Shown here: one piece after another, positions 20,062 through 29,979 of the stretch
How the letters are laid out: the number at the start of each line of letters is the position of its first letter
How positions within the stretch are numbered: position 1 is the stretch's first letter
DNA from: Candidatus Poribacteria bacterium
GTDB lineage: Bacteria; Poribacteria; WGA-4E; WGA-3G
DNA length: 64,000 bases
Reading direction: 5' to 3'
Assembly (NCBI GenBank): GCA_965242965.1
Contig: OZ251518.1
Location: 1,952,001-2,016,000 of the forward strand
Position numbers and translations under genes: made by a program
Notes under the pieces: generated by a model
Told to the model about the DNA's origin: nothing
Databases searched by the model: none
Seen by the model: the letters and a program-made list of their open reading frames with translations, nothing else

Positions 20062-22134
20062 ATGGGAAAATGGAAAGTTATCACAATTATCGTCGCGGCA
20101 GTCGTTGTCGTGGGGGCTGCAGTCGCTGTCGGCCGCATCGTCTTTGCAACGAAGGAAGGAAACGGAAGCAACAATGCCGATGCACCGGCAATCCAAACGG
20201 CGACGGTGGAACGGGGTAACATCGCCGTGACTATTGACGCAACCGGCACCATCAAACCGCTGAATATCGTTGAAGTCAGCTCCAAAGCCAGTGGGAAGAT
20301 TTTGGAACTGAAAGTGGATGCCGGCGATTACGTTGAGCAGGACGACATCATCGCGGTGATTGAAACGACTTACGTGCAGATTAGCCTTGAGCAGGCGGAG
20401 GCAGATCTACGTGCCTCCCAAGCACGCTTGCAACAGGCAGAGATTGATATCCAACTCCAGCGCGAGCAGTCGGAAATCCAAATTCGGCAGGCACGCGAAG
20501 CACTCGCCGAAGCCGAAAAACGGCTGGAACAACTCACCGAACAGATTCGGTTAGAGAAGATAGCCAACAAACGCGGCATCATGGATGCCGAAAACAGCCT
20601 GAAAATGGCGAACATCCGATACAAATTGCTCACTTCGGAAGAAGTCCGAGAGGAAACGAAGGGACGCGCGCAAGCTACCGTTGAGCAAGACCTGGCGAAC
20701 TTCGATCTGGCGAAAGCGGAGCATGAACGGAATCAGCGGCTTTTTGAGAAACAGCTGATTTCACAAGCGGCGTTAGATGCCTCACGCGCGCAGCTGCGTG
20801 CCGCCGATGCACGCTATAAATCCTCGGTGGAGCAACTCAAGTTAGTGGAGCAGCCGGCGAGTGCGGCGGAATTGGAATTGGCGCGCGCCGATATTAAAAA
20901 GGCGGAATTCGCGCTGGAAGTCGCTAATGAACGCGTGGCAGCCGAAGAATCACGGGATATGGACATTCCGTTGCAGAAAAATCGCATCGCACAAGCACAA
21001 GACGCGCTCAAACTCGCTGTCACAAACCAGAAGCAGATCGATCGGAAGGAACGCGACTTGGAGACAGCGCGCGCCTCTCTCAAACGCAGCCAAGGCCAAC
21101 TCGATCTTCGGAAAATCGAATACGAGGATACCGTCATCAAAGCACCCATCTCCGGCACCGTTCTCGAGAAAAAAGTTGAAGAAGGACAGGTTATCACCTC
21201 ACGTCTTTCTTCACTCGCCTCTTCTGAAGGACAAACAATCGTGACGATGGCGGACCTGGATACTGTCTACGTCGTCACTGAAGTTGACGAAACGGACATC
21301 GGCAAGGTGCAAATCGGACAGCCGGTGACGATTACGGTAGAGGCGTATCCGGACATGCCGTTTGAAGGCGAAGTCCTGAAAATCGCACCACAGGGACAAG
21401 TGATTCAGAATATCACTACGTTTGAGGTTACCTCTGAATTGAAAAACGTTGATGCGCGCGGCGCATCGCGTGGGCAAGCGGACAGGCAAAGGGGCCGCGC
21501 TGGCCGTGACATGGGCAATCTGACAGCGGAACAACGCGAACGTTTCCGTGCGATGCGCCAGCAGGGCCAAGGTGGCACCGGCTGGCCTCCAGCGCGCGCA
21601 GAAACACCGGTGCAGACAGATGCACCAACTATCGAGAAAACAGAAGAAGCGGCAAAAACAGAGGAAACAGAAGAAGCAGCGGAAGCAGCGGAAACAGAGG
21701 ACTGGGGTAGTCTCTTCGGCGGCTTTTTTGAAGAACCGCCTGCGGTATCTCGCGTTCCAGCGGAACAAACGCAACCTGATGCCGAGAAGATGCCGTTTCT
21801 CAAGCCGGGCATGAACGCCTCTGTCCAAATCTCTGCAGTTAACAAGACAGGCATTCTGACGTTGCCGAATGAGGCACTGCTTGATATGCGCGGGCGGAAA
21901 ATGGTGCGAATCATTGGGGCAGATGGACAGCCTGGCCGTCCGCAGCCTGTTGTCGCTGGCGTGAGCAGTTTTGATAAAACTGAGATTCTCTCTGGGCTCA
22001 CCGAGGGAGATGTCGTCGCCATCGGCGGTTTTCAACGCGGTGGTGGCAGAAGTGAAGAGTGGCGGCGCAGGATGCAGAACCCGGCTGCCACGGTGCGCCG
22101 GATGGGCGGCGGTGGCGGCCCGAGAGGCAGATAA
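20062..22134 (+). CDS. MacA-like efflux periplasmic adaptor with long coiled coil and low-complexity insert
   Basis: VEVSSKASGKI, IKAPISGTV, VDETDIGKVQIGQ, LKPGMNA; start trimmed to ATG 20062. Confidence 0.88.
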   Translation: MGKWKVITIIVAAVVVVGAAVAVGRIVFATKEGNGSNNADAPAIQTATVERGNIAVTIDATGTIKPLNIVEVSSKASGKILELKVDAGDYVEQDDIIAVIETTYVQISLEQAEADLRASQARLQQAEIDIQLQREQSEIQIRQAREALAEAEKRLEQLTEQIRLEKIANKRGIMDAENSLKMANIRYKLLTSEEVREETKGRAQATVEQDLANFDLAKAEHERNQRLFEKQLISQAALDASRAQLRAADARYKSSVEQLKLVEQPASAAELELARADIKKAEFALEVANERVAAEESRDMDIPLQKNRIAQAQDALKLAVTNQKQIDRKERDLETARASLKRSQGQLDLRKIEYEDTVIKAPISGTVLEKKVEEGQVITSRLSSLASSEGQTIVTMADLDTVYVVTEVDETDIGKVQIGQPVTITVEAYPDMPFEGEVLKIAPQGQVIQNITTFEVTSELKNVDARGASRGQADRQRGRAGRDMGNLTAEQRERFRAMRQQGQGGTGWPPARAETPVQTDAPTIEKTEEAAKTEETEEAAEAAETEDWGSLFGGFFEEPPAVSRVPAEQTQPDAEKMPFLKPGMNASVQISAVNKTGILTLPNEALLDMRGRKMVRIIGADGQPGRPQPVVAGVSSFDKTEILSGLTEGDVVAIGGFQRGGGRSEEWRRRMQNPAATVRRMGGGGGPRGR

Positions 22135-22158
22135 ACGCGAACAGCAAGGAGGAAAACG

Positions 22159-23370
22159 ATGAGTATTTTGGAAAGTTTTGCCAACGCGCTCCGTAGCTTA
22201 TTGGCAAATAAACTCCGCTCTATTTTGACGATGCTAGGCGTTATCATCGGTGTCGGCGCGATTATCACCACCACCTCAATCGGGGAAGGCGCGAAGGCGG
22301 ACATCACCGAACGCATTTCGACATTGGGCGCGAACATCCTCGCTGTCCGACCCGGGCAAAGCCGATTTCGGGGACGCAGTTCAGCCGACTCGCGGAAAAG
22401 TCTCACCGTGGAAGACATCGCCACGTTACAGGCGCGAGGCAAAAGTTTCGGCTATGTTACGCCGGAGCTGAGCAATCGCGCACAGGTGAAATACCTGAAT
22501 AAGAACACGAACACTACTATCGTCGGAACGTCACCGGAATATTTGGTGACAGCGAATTTTACGGTAGAGAACGGCAGTTTTTTCACAGAACACGATATTC
22601 GCTATCGTCAGCGTGTTTGTGTGCTAGGCAAAACCGTCGCCGATGACCTGTTTGGTTCGGCATCCCCGGTCGGCAAGAAGCTCAAGATTCGGAATATCGG
22701 GTTTCACGTTCTCGGCGTGATGAAAGAGAAGGGGGCCAGCGGCTGGCGTAACCCCGATGACCAGGTTTTCATCCCGTATTCAACGGCGATGAAGCGGGTT
22801 TTCGGTTCAGAGTATCTCTCCAGCATCAGCATCCAAGCGAACGATGAAAATCTCCTTCAGACAGCCGAAACGGAGGTAACCGAGTTACTCCGCAAGCAGC
22901 ACAAAATCGCCGCGAATAAGGAACTCGATTTTCACGTCAGGAACCAAGCGGAGTTCATGGAAACGTTGGAGGAATCGAGTCAGACGTTTACCAACATGAT
23001 TTTAGGTATCGCTGTCGTCTCGCTAATTGTCGGTGGGATTGGGATTATGAACATCATGTTGGTTTCTGTCACGGAGCGGACGAAGGAGATTGGTTTGCGG
23101 AAAGCAGTGGGCGCGCAGCGGACAGATATCCTCTTCCAATTCCTCGTTGAATCGACGACATTGGCATTAGTCGGTGGCATTGTCGGTGTCGGCGTGGGGA
23201 TAATCGGTGCGGATATGGTGCCGTCGCTTTGGGGTTGGCGCACCGTTATCTCGCCGGTGTATGGCATCCTCTCCTTTGTGGTGAGTGCGCTCGTTGGCGT
23301 TTTCTTTGGCGCGTATCCGGCATGGAAAGCGGCGAAGCTTCATCCTATTGATGCACTCAGACATGAGTAG
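22159..23370 (+). CDS. MacB/FtsX-family ABC transporter permease
   Basis: LRSILTMLGVIIG, GIMNIMLVSVTERTKEIG, PIDALRHE. Confidence 0.93.
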   Translation: MSILESFANALRSLLANKLRSILTMLGVIIGVGAIITTTSIGEGAKADITERISTLGANILAVRPGQSRFRGRSSADSRKSLTVEDIATLQARGKSFGYVTPELSNRAQVKYLNKNTNTTIVGTSPEYLVTANFTVENGSFFTEHDIRYRQRVCVLGKTVADDLFGSASPVGKKLKIRNIGFHVLGVMKEKGASGWRNPDDQVFIPYSTAMKRVFGSEYLSSISIQANDENLLQTAETEVTELLRKQHKIAANKELDFHVRNQAEFMETLEESSQTFTNMILGIAVVSLIVGGIGIMNIMLVSVTERTKEIGLRKAVGAQRTDILFQFLVESTTLALVGGIVGVGVGIIGADMVPSLWGWRTVISPVYGILSFVVSALVGVFFGAYPAWKAAKLHPIDALRHE

Positions 23371-23560
23371 GCGGGACATTCTTGTCCCGATACGTCTTCG
23401 GTAGGAGGGACATCCTTGTCCCGAATCGAGACCGGGAGGTCTCTCCTACGGGGACATCACTTGCATCGAGACCGGGAGGTCTCTCCTACGGATGTCCGGA
23501 TAGGCGGGACATCCTTGTCCCGATACGTCTTCAGTAGGCGGGACATCCTTGTCCCGATGA
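23367..23560. repeat. REP cluster starting in the permease stop codon
   Basis: GTAGGCGGGACAT.CTTGTCCCG units. Confidence 0.85.
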
Positions 23561-23596
23561 TTTTGAACGGTTCAATCTACAAACGCATAAAATAAA

Positions 23597-24331
23597 ATGA
23601 ATAAAGGAGTCAATATGTCCAAAATAGCAGTTATTTCCGGCGTGGGCCCCGGATTAGGCGCGGCCCTCGCGCGTAAGTTTGCCGACGAAGGCTGTCGCGT
23701 CGCGTTGCTTGCGCGCTCGGCCGCCTACATTCACCATTTGGAAAGAAAATTGGCGGAGACAGGTGGGACAGCCTTACCTATCCCGACAGACATTACGGAT
23801 GGTGCGCAGGTGGCGCGAAGTTTTGCTCGGATTCGTGAGGAATTCGGTGCGCCTGATATTCTGATTAATCATGCGGGTAACGCGGCATGGGGCACTTTCG
23901 CGAACCTCACGCCGGAGGCGTTTGAAGGTTCGTGGCGGGTTTGCACACTCGGTGGGTTCCTGTGTTCCAAACAAGTGGTGCCGGGCATGCTTGAGAAAGG
24001 CGGGGGTTGCATTCTATTTACGGGTGCGACTTCTTCGGTGCGCGGGCGCGCGGGCGCGTTAGCGTTCAGCAGTGCGAAGTTTGCGACGCGCGGCTTGGCA
24101 TCGGCACTCGCTCGCGAGGTAGGCCCACACGGTATCCACGTCGCGCACGTGATTATTGATGGGGTGATTGATACCCCAGGGATTCGGGAACGGTATCAAC
24201 TGAAACCGAATGAGCCGCTGCTCGCGCCGGATGCGATTGCGGAGACGTATTGGGCTTTGGCGCAGCAGGAGCGGAGTGCGTGGACTTTTGAGGTGGATGT
24301 CCGGCCTCATAATGAGGAATTTTTCACTTAA
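23597..24331 (+). CDS. Short-chain dehydrogenase/reductase
   Basis: GVGPGLG, NHAG, TGATSS, FSSAK (Phe at the usual Tyr position); start may be 23615. Confidence 0.88.
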   Translation: MNKGVNMSKIAVISGVGPGLGAALARKFADEGCRVALLARSAAYIHHLERKLAETGGTALPIPTDITDGAQVARSFARIREEFGAPDILINHAGNAAWGTFANLTPEAFEGSWRVCTLGGFLCSKQVVPGMLEKGGGCILFTGATSSVRGRAGALAFSSAKFATRGLASALAREVGPHGIHVAHVIIDGVIDTPGIRERYQLKPNEPLLAPDAIAETYWALAQQERSAWTFEVDVRPHNEEFFT

Positions 24332-24389
24332 GGACAAAATGGCCGCGGGGTCGGAGGGTGTGGGAAACTTGTCTTATTTTCCCTTTTTG

Positions 24390-24982
24390 TTGAGGGTGTT
24401 TCATAAATCGATGGAACCTCCCGGTAGGAGAGACCTCCCGGTCTCGATTTCTTCCTGTCGGTGCGCTGTCCCGTTCTCGATGTAAGCGATGTCCCCGGTA
24501 GGAGAGACCTCCCGGTCTCGATGTGCCCGTAGCGCGGGGGCCTGTCCCCCGCGTTGCCCATCGGCAAGCGGTGGCGTTTTAGGTCCTTTAGGTCCTTAAT
24601 GTCTATAGAAAAACGTGTCGTCCCATTTTCAAGGGCCTTTAGGTCCTTAATAAAAAACACGCGCGGCCCTGGCAAAAACTATTAAGGACCTAAAGGACCT
24701 TAGGATTCTCCGCAGGCGCGCGGGCTATAGACATTAAGGTCCTACGGACCTAAGAACCGTTTTTTTCGTCGTGCGGGGGCCCTCGGATGCCATACGCGCA
24801 TCCGAGAGGGTTTCCCCCGCGAGCGTTGGAGTGCGCTGACGATAGCGAGGGACAAGTTTTCCTACCGCCCTACGATGAAGGGGGGGCTTTTTCGCCGCGG
24901 CCCCGGTAGGCGCGCTGCCCTATTGCATCGAGACCGGGAGGTCTCTCCTACGGGGATGCATCGAGATATGACACACCCTCAC
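24390..24982. mobile_element. MITE-like shell with REP + GGTCC palindrome cargo
   Basis: TGAGGGTGTTTCAT ... ATGACACACCCTCA inverted ends. Confidence 0.6.
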
Positions 24983-24986
24983 TTCC

Positions 24987-25766
24987 CTACTGCTGCTTTG
25001 AAAGCAAGTCGAGAATCTTGTTCAGCATCGGGAAGAGCCTTTCGGTGAGGGCTTTTATCTCCACATAACGTCCCGATACGTTCTCGACTTTCCCCCGCAA
25101 TTTTGTGATTGCTTCGCCTTTTGCAAGCAGTTCCTTGTGGATTCCGTCGTTTTCCTTGCGGAGTTGCCGGTTTTCCTCGTGAAGATTCGCCACGCTTTGG
25201 CGGAGTTCTTCGTTTTCTGCTTGCACGACATCGAGTTGCTTGTGGAGTTCGCCGTTGTCCACTTGCACGGCCTCGAGTTGCAGGCGGAGTTCTCCATTTT
25301 CCGCTTGCACGGCATTGAATCGCCGGTCAGCGGCACTTTGAAATTCCCGCTGTTGCTGGCGAAGTTCTTCGTTTTCCGCTTGCACGGCATTGAATCGACG
25401 GTCAGCGGCACTCTGGAATTCCCGTTGTTGCAGGCGGAGTTCTCCGTTTTCCGCTTGCACGGCATCAAGTTGCAGGCGGAGTTGTTCGCATTCCGCTTGC
25501 ACGGCATTGAGCTGCAGGCGAAGTTCTGCGTTCTCCGCTTGCACGGCATTGAGCTGCAGGCGGAGTTCTGCGTTTTCCGCTTGCAAAACATCGAGTCGCT
25601 GGTGGAGTTCTGCGTTTTTCTCGCGGAGTTCTTCGTTCCCCTTTTGGAGTTCCTCGTTCGCCTTCTGAAGGGCGTTGCATCGCCGATACAACAGGAACAA
25701 TCCCAGGAAACTAAAACTAAACACGCCTATGTCAAAAATTGTCACATTGAACCAAACCAGATCCAT
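24987..25766 (-). CDS. Membrane-anchored coiled-coil protein with 14-aa tandem repeats
   Basis: N-terminal TM segment; repeats LNAVQAENAELRLQ; GGAGG RBS before ATG 25766. Confidence 0.7.
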   Translation of the reverse strand: MDLVWFNVTIFDIGVFSFSFLGLFLLYRRCNALQKANEELQKGNEELREKNAELHQRLDVLQAENAELRLQLNAVQAENAELRLQLNAVQAECEQLRLQLDAVQAENGELRLQQREFQSAADRRFNAVQAENEELRQQQREFQSAADRRFNAVQAENGELRLQLEAVQVDNGELHKQLDVVQAENEELRQSVANLHEENRQLRKENDGIHKELLAKGEAITKLRGKVENVSGRYVEIKALTERLFPMLNKILDLLSKQQ

Positions 25767-25890
25767 TTCTAATCCTCCTTGTTTTGGAACATTTTTTTTC
25801 GATGCACATTGCCAAAAGCAGTGCATATAATTAGGATACCACAGTTGAGTTTCATTTGTCAAGTTTTTTTCAAGAGATTCATAACAAAAT

Positions 25891-25919
25891 TTGACTTTTT
25901 AATAAATATAAGGTATAAT
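25891..25919 (+). promoter_or_regulatory. sigma70 promoter of the cys operon
   Basis: TTGACT-N17-TATAAT. Confidence 0.65.
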
Positions 25920-25960
25920 TAACGTATTCAATAGGGAGAAGTGCCGCGCGCTACAACGAA

Positions 25961-26908
25961 ATGAAAGCCAAAAACCTGACGCAGCTCATCGGGAATACAC
26001 CTACAATTCGCCTGAATGCCTTGACTGGCACGGAATCTGCCACCCTCTATGCAAAGTTGGAGGCATACAACCCCGGCGGCAGTATCAAGGACAGGATTAG
26101 TTACGCGATGATAATTGATGCTGAAGAACGCGGCATTCTGCGTAAAGGCGATACTATCGTCGAACCGACAGCTGGTAACACCGGGTTGGGGCTCTCCCTT
26201 GTCGGCATCGCGCGCGGCTATCCGGTGATTTTGACGATGCCGGAGAACGTCAGCAGCGAGAAATACGCGCTGCTCTCCGCATTCGGTGCCAAAATCGTCC
26301 TAACACCGGAACATGGCGGAATGGCCAGTGCTATCTGGAAGGCGGAAGAAATTGTCCGCCAGCATCCAAGGCACTATATGCCGAACCAGTTCACGAATCC
26401 CGCGAATCCAGAGATTCACCGCTGCACTACGGCTGTCGAGATTCTCAAGGATATCGGGACAGACATCGATTTTTTCGTCGCTGGCGTGGGGACAGGCGGC
26501 ACGCTGACAGGTGTCGGGGAAGTGCTAAAGGCGCACTGTCCAGATGTCAAAATCGTCGCCGTAGAGCCGCGGGTTTCAGCGGTGCTATCCGGTGGCAGCC
26601 CGGGGCCAACGCGAATTGATGGCCTCGGCGCGGGGATGATTCCGCAAGTTTTAAACGTAGATATCATTGACGATGTTATCACAGTGCCAGAAGAGGTAGC
26701 TTACGAAATGATGAAGACGCTGTCCCGCCGCGAAGGCTTGCTCGTCGGCATGTCGTCCGGCGCGAATGCCTATGCCGCGCTGAAAATCGCGAAACGCTGC
26801 GGGCCCGATAAAACCGTCGTCACTATTCTGCCAGACACGGGTGAACGCTACTTCAGTCTGAGTCGTTATTTTGAGGTTGAATCGGATATTATGGAGGCCC
26901 TGCCGTAG
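25961..26908 (+). CDS. cysK: PLP-dependent cysteine synthase (CysK/CysM family)
   Basis: NPGGSIKDR, EPTAGNTG, GVGTGGT, PDTGERY. Confidence 0.9.
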   Translation: MKAKNLTQLIGNTPTIRLNALTGTESATLYAKLEAYNPGGSIKDRISYAMIIDAEERGILRKGDTIVEPTAGNTGLGLSLVGIARGYPVILTMPENVSSEKYALLSAFGAKIVLTPEHGGMASAIWKAEEIVRQHPRHYMPNQFTNPANPEIHRCTTAVEILKDIGTDIDFFVAGVGTGGTLTGVGEVLKAHCPDVKIVAVEPRVSAVLSGGSPGPTRIDGLGAGMIPQVLNVDIIDDVITVPEEVAYEMMKTLSRREGLLVGMSSGANAYAALKIAKRCGPDKTVVTILPDTGERYFSLSRYFEVESDIMEALP

Positions 26909-27045
26909 GGAGCGCATCGTTCACCGTAGGGCGAGGGCCTGTCCCTCGCCATGCTGGCATCGTCTTCAACGCAGTTTCCCCGTAGGGCGAGGGCCTGTCC
27001 CTCGCCATGCTGGCATCGCCTTCAACGTAGGTGGTTAATACAATT

Positions 27046-27807
27046 ATGCAAACAATCAGCACTGCTTCTACCATAGATGAAGCACTTCGCCAAGAGATTC
27101 TCTTCACCGAGGAAGCACAGCAGATCCTCTTCTCGCTTTTTAAGCGGTTCAAGGAGCGCGCGGCGATTGTCACAAGTGGGCAGCTGTCGGGCATGGTGTT
27201 GATTCACTTGGCCGCAGAAAACCACTTACCGTTCCGGGTTTGCACGTTGGATACGCAACGTCTCTTCCCTGAAACCTACGCCTTTCTGGAGCAGGTTGAA
27301 GAACGATACGGCATCCAAATCGAACGGATTCAACCCGATGCAACGGAAGTCCAGCAGATGGTTTCGCAACACGGGGAATACCTGTTTTTCGACAGCAAGG
27401 CGAAGCAGGAGTACTGCTGTAACGTTCGGAAGGTCCGGCCGATGCAGCGACTTCTAAAAACGCTGGATGTCTGGATTACGGGGCTCCGCCGGGACCAGGC
27501 GGAATCGAGAGGGCAGCTCCCAAAAGCGGAAATCCTCACCTCTATGGCGCACCCTATCCTGAAAGTGAGTCCCCTCATCACATGGACGGCTGAGGAGGTG
27601 TGGCAGTTTATCCGTGACAACGACATCCCCGTGAATCCGTTGCTCACGCCGGATGTGCATGGGCACGTTTATGAATCGCTGGGATGCATGACATGCACCA
27701 CGCCGATTCGCCCGGGTGAACCGAAACGTGCAGGACGCTGGCGTTGGCAGAACGCCGCTTCTTCCGAAGAGAATCCCAAAGAGTGTGGTTTACACTATTC
27801 CATTTAA
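27046..27807 (+). CDS. cysH: APS/PAPS reductase, Fe-S (APS-type) motif
   Basis: LDT, YCCNVRK, WITGLRR, SLGCMTCT, RAGRW, ECGLH. Confidence 0.9.
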   Translation: MQTISTASTIDEALRQEILFTEEAQQILFSLFKRFKERAAIVTSGQLSGMVLIHLAAENHLPFRVCTLDTQRLFPETYAFLEQVEERYGIQIERIQPDATEVQQMVSQHGEYLFFDSKAKQEYCCNVRKVRPMQRLLKTLDVWITGLRRDQAESRGQLPKAEILTSMAHPILKVSPLITWTAEEVWQFIRDNDIPVNPLLTPDVHGHVYESLGCMTCTTPIRPGEPKRAGRWRWQNAASSEENPKECGLHYSI

Positions 27808-27824
27808 GGAGAGAATTAACTATT

Positions 27825-28100
27825 ATGGCTATAACAGTCCGTATTCCAACGCCGCTGCGGCGGTTAACGCAAAACTTGGCAGAAGTTGCCGCCGAAGGTG
27901 CCGACATTGCAGGCATCATTGAGAACCTTGAAGCAAACTATCCAGGGATGAAGGAACGTCTCTGCGATGAAGCAGGAAATATCCGCAGATTCGTGAACGT
28001 CTATCTCGACGATGAGGACATCCGCTTCCTTGAAGGACCGGCTACGCCTGTCGCCGATGGCGCGGAAATTTCGATTATTCCCGCCATTGCCGGTGGATAG
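27825..28100 (+). CDS. MoaD/ThiS/CysO-like ubiquitin-fold sulfur carrier
   Basis: VRIPTPLR..RRFVNVY..PAIAGG C-terminal diglycine. Confidence 0.9.
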   Translation: MAITVRIPTPLRRLTQNLAEVAAEGADIAGIIENLEANYPGMKERLCDEAGNIRRFVNVYLDDEDIRFLEGPATPVADGAEISIIPAIAGG

Positions 28101-28188
28101 ATACCGCTACGCGGTGGATGGACGTTGGCTGTTGCATCTTGCGCGCAAGTGCAAGTCGTCAACTCTGTCCGCCGCACGCCTGTCAAAC

Positions 28189-28662
28189 ATGTTCACTTTA
28201 CAACCCGAAACCCTCAACCAGATATATGCCCACGCGCGCGCCGATTTTCCCGAAGAATGTTGCGGCGTTATTCTGCACGCCGACGAAGACAGACAAGAAT
28301 TCGTCAGACAGTGCCGAAATATCCAGAATGCACTGCATGAAGAAGACCCGGGCAACTATCCGCGCGATGCACGCACCGCATATATTATGCATCCCGAAGA
28401 CCTCGGGGCCGTTCACAAAGAGGCGGAAACGCGACAGCGTCCGATTAAAGCGTTCTATCATTCGCACCCGAACCACAAGGCATATTTCTCGGAGAAAGAT
28501 AAGGCTGACGCGTTTATTAAGGAATGGGACATGCCTGCCTATCCGGGTGCTACCTATGTGGTCCTCTCCGTTTACGGCAGCGATATCCGCGATGTGAAAG
28601 CCTTCTCATGGGACGAAACTGCCGCTGATTTCATTGAAGTGCCGGTTCAAAAATCGCCATAG
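28189..28662 (+). CDS. JAB/MPN+ (M67, Mec-like) metallopeptidase
   Basis: PEECCG, FYHSHPN..FSEKD JAMM motif. Confidence 0.9.
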   Translation: MFTLQPETLNQIYAHARADFPEECCGVILHADEDRQEFVRQCRNIQNALHEEDPGNYPRDARTAYIMHPEDLGAVHKEAETRQRPIKAFYHSHPNHKAYFSEKDKADAFIKEWDMPAYPGATYVVLSVYGSDIRDVKAFSWDETAADFIEVPVQKSP

Positions 28663-28733
28663 GCACGCATTTCATTCACTGGGAGGCGCGGTTTCCAACG
28701 GCGCGTCCCCCGGTCGCGAAAAGGAGCATCACG

Positions 28734-28973
28734 ATGACATCTTTAAGGGTTCGCCTAACATTTCCAACCGAAAAAGTGACTGAGCCTATCATCTACACCA
28801 TCGGACATCAGTATAAGGTAGTCACCAACATCCGCCGAGCGAACGTCACAGAGGAAGCCGGGTGGGTGATGCTAGAATTGCTGGGGCCGCCGGACGAAAT
28901 TGAACGCGCCGTGAATCACCTGAAAAACATCAACGTCCAGGTCGAACTCGTGGAAGGCGATGTCGTGCAATAG
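28734..28973 (+). CDS. NIL domain protein
   Basis: LTFP..EPII..VVTNIRRANV..GWVMLEL; AAGGAG RBS. Confidence 0.85.
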   Translation: MTSLRVRLTFPTEKVTEPIIYTIGHQYKVVTNIRRANVTEEAGWVMLELLGPPDEIERAVNHLKNINVQVELVEGDVVQ

Positions 28974-28999
28974 TCACCGTAGGATGAAGCCGCCGCTGT

Positions 29000-29950
29000 T
29001 CAGTAGGAGAGACCTCCCGGTCTCGATGTTCCCCGTAGGAGAGACCTCCGGGTCTCGATGTGCCTATCGGGACAAGGATGTCCCTCCTACCCAGACACCC
29101 GTAGGAGAGCCCTCCGGGTCTCGATGTTCCCGTAGCGCGTGGGACAGGCCCCCGCGAGCGTTCAAGAACCGTTTTTTTTTCACCGTAGCGCGGGGGCCTG
29201 TCCCCCGCGATCTCTATCGTCACGAATCGTCTTAGGTCCGTTAGGACCTTAATGTCTATAGAAAAACGTGCCGTACCGTTGTCAAGGTCCTTTAGGTCCT
29301 GAATAAAAAACGCGCCGCATGGCAAAATCTATTAAGGACCTAAAGGACCTTAGCGTTCTTCGCGTTCGCGCGTGCTATAGACATTCAGGTCTTACAGACC
29401 TGAAGAGAACAAGAGACGTTTTTTCCAGAGCGCGGGCGATGGCGAGGGGAGCCCGCTCGCATGCGCGGATGGCATCCGAGGGCCCAAGCCCTACGATGAA
29501 GTGCCGTTTTTTTCCGTAGCGCGGGGGCCTGTCCCCCGCGAGCGTTGGGTTACGCAAGGCATGGCGAGGGACAGGCCCTCGCCCTACGATGAAGGGAAGG
29601 CGTTTTAGGTCCGTTAGGACCTTAATGTCTATAGAAAAACGTGCCGTACCGTTGTCAAGGTCCTTTAGGTCCTTAATCATGAAAACGCGCCGCATGGCAA
29701 AATCTATTAAGGACCTAAAGGACCTTAGCGTTCTTCGCGTTCGCGCGTGCTATAGACATTCAGGTCTTACAGACCTGAAGAGAACCAGAGACGTTTTTTC
29801 CATAGCGCGAGCGATGGCGAGGGAAACCCGCTCGCATGCGCGTATAGCATGCGAGGGCCCAAGCCCTACGGTGAAGGAAGGCTTTCTGCCACCGTGGCCC
29901 CGTGAGGCGCGCCGCCCTATTGCATCGAGACCAGGAGGTCTCTCCTACTG
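29000..29950. repeat. Large REP cluster with two GGTCC palindromes
   Basis: Near-identical copies at ~29232-29402 and ~29606-29778. Confidence 0.85.
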
Positions 29951-29979
29951 CATCAAGACCCGAAAGGACAACGAAACCC

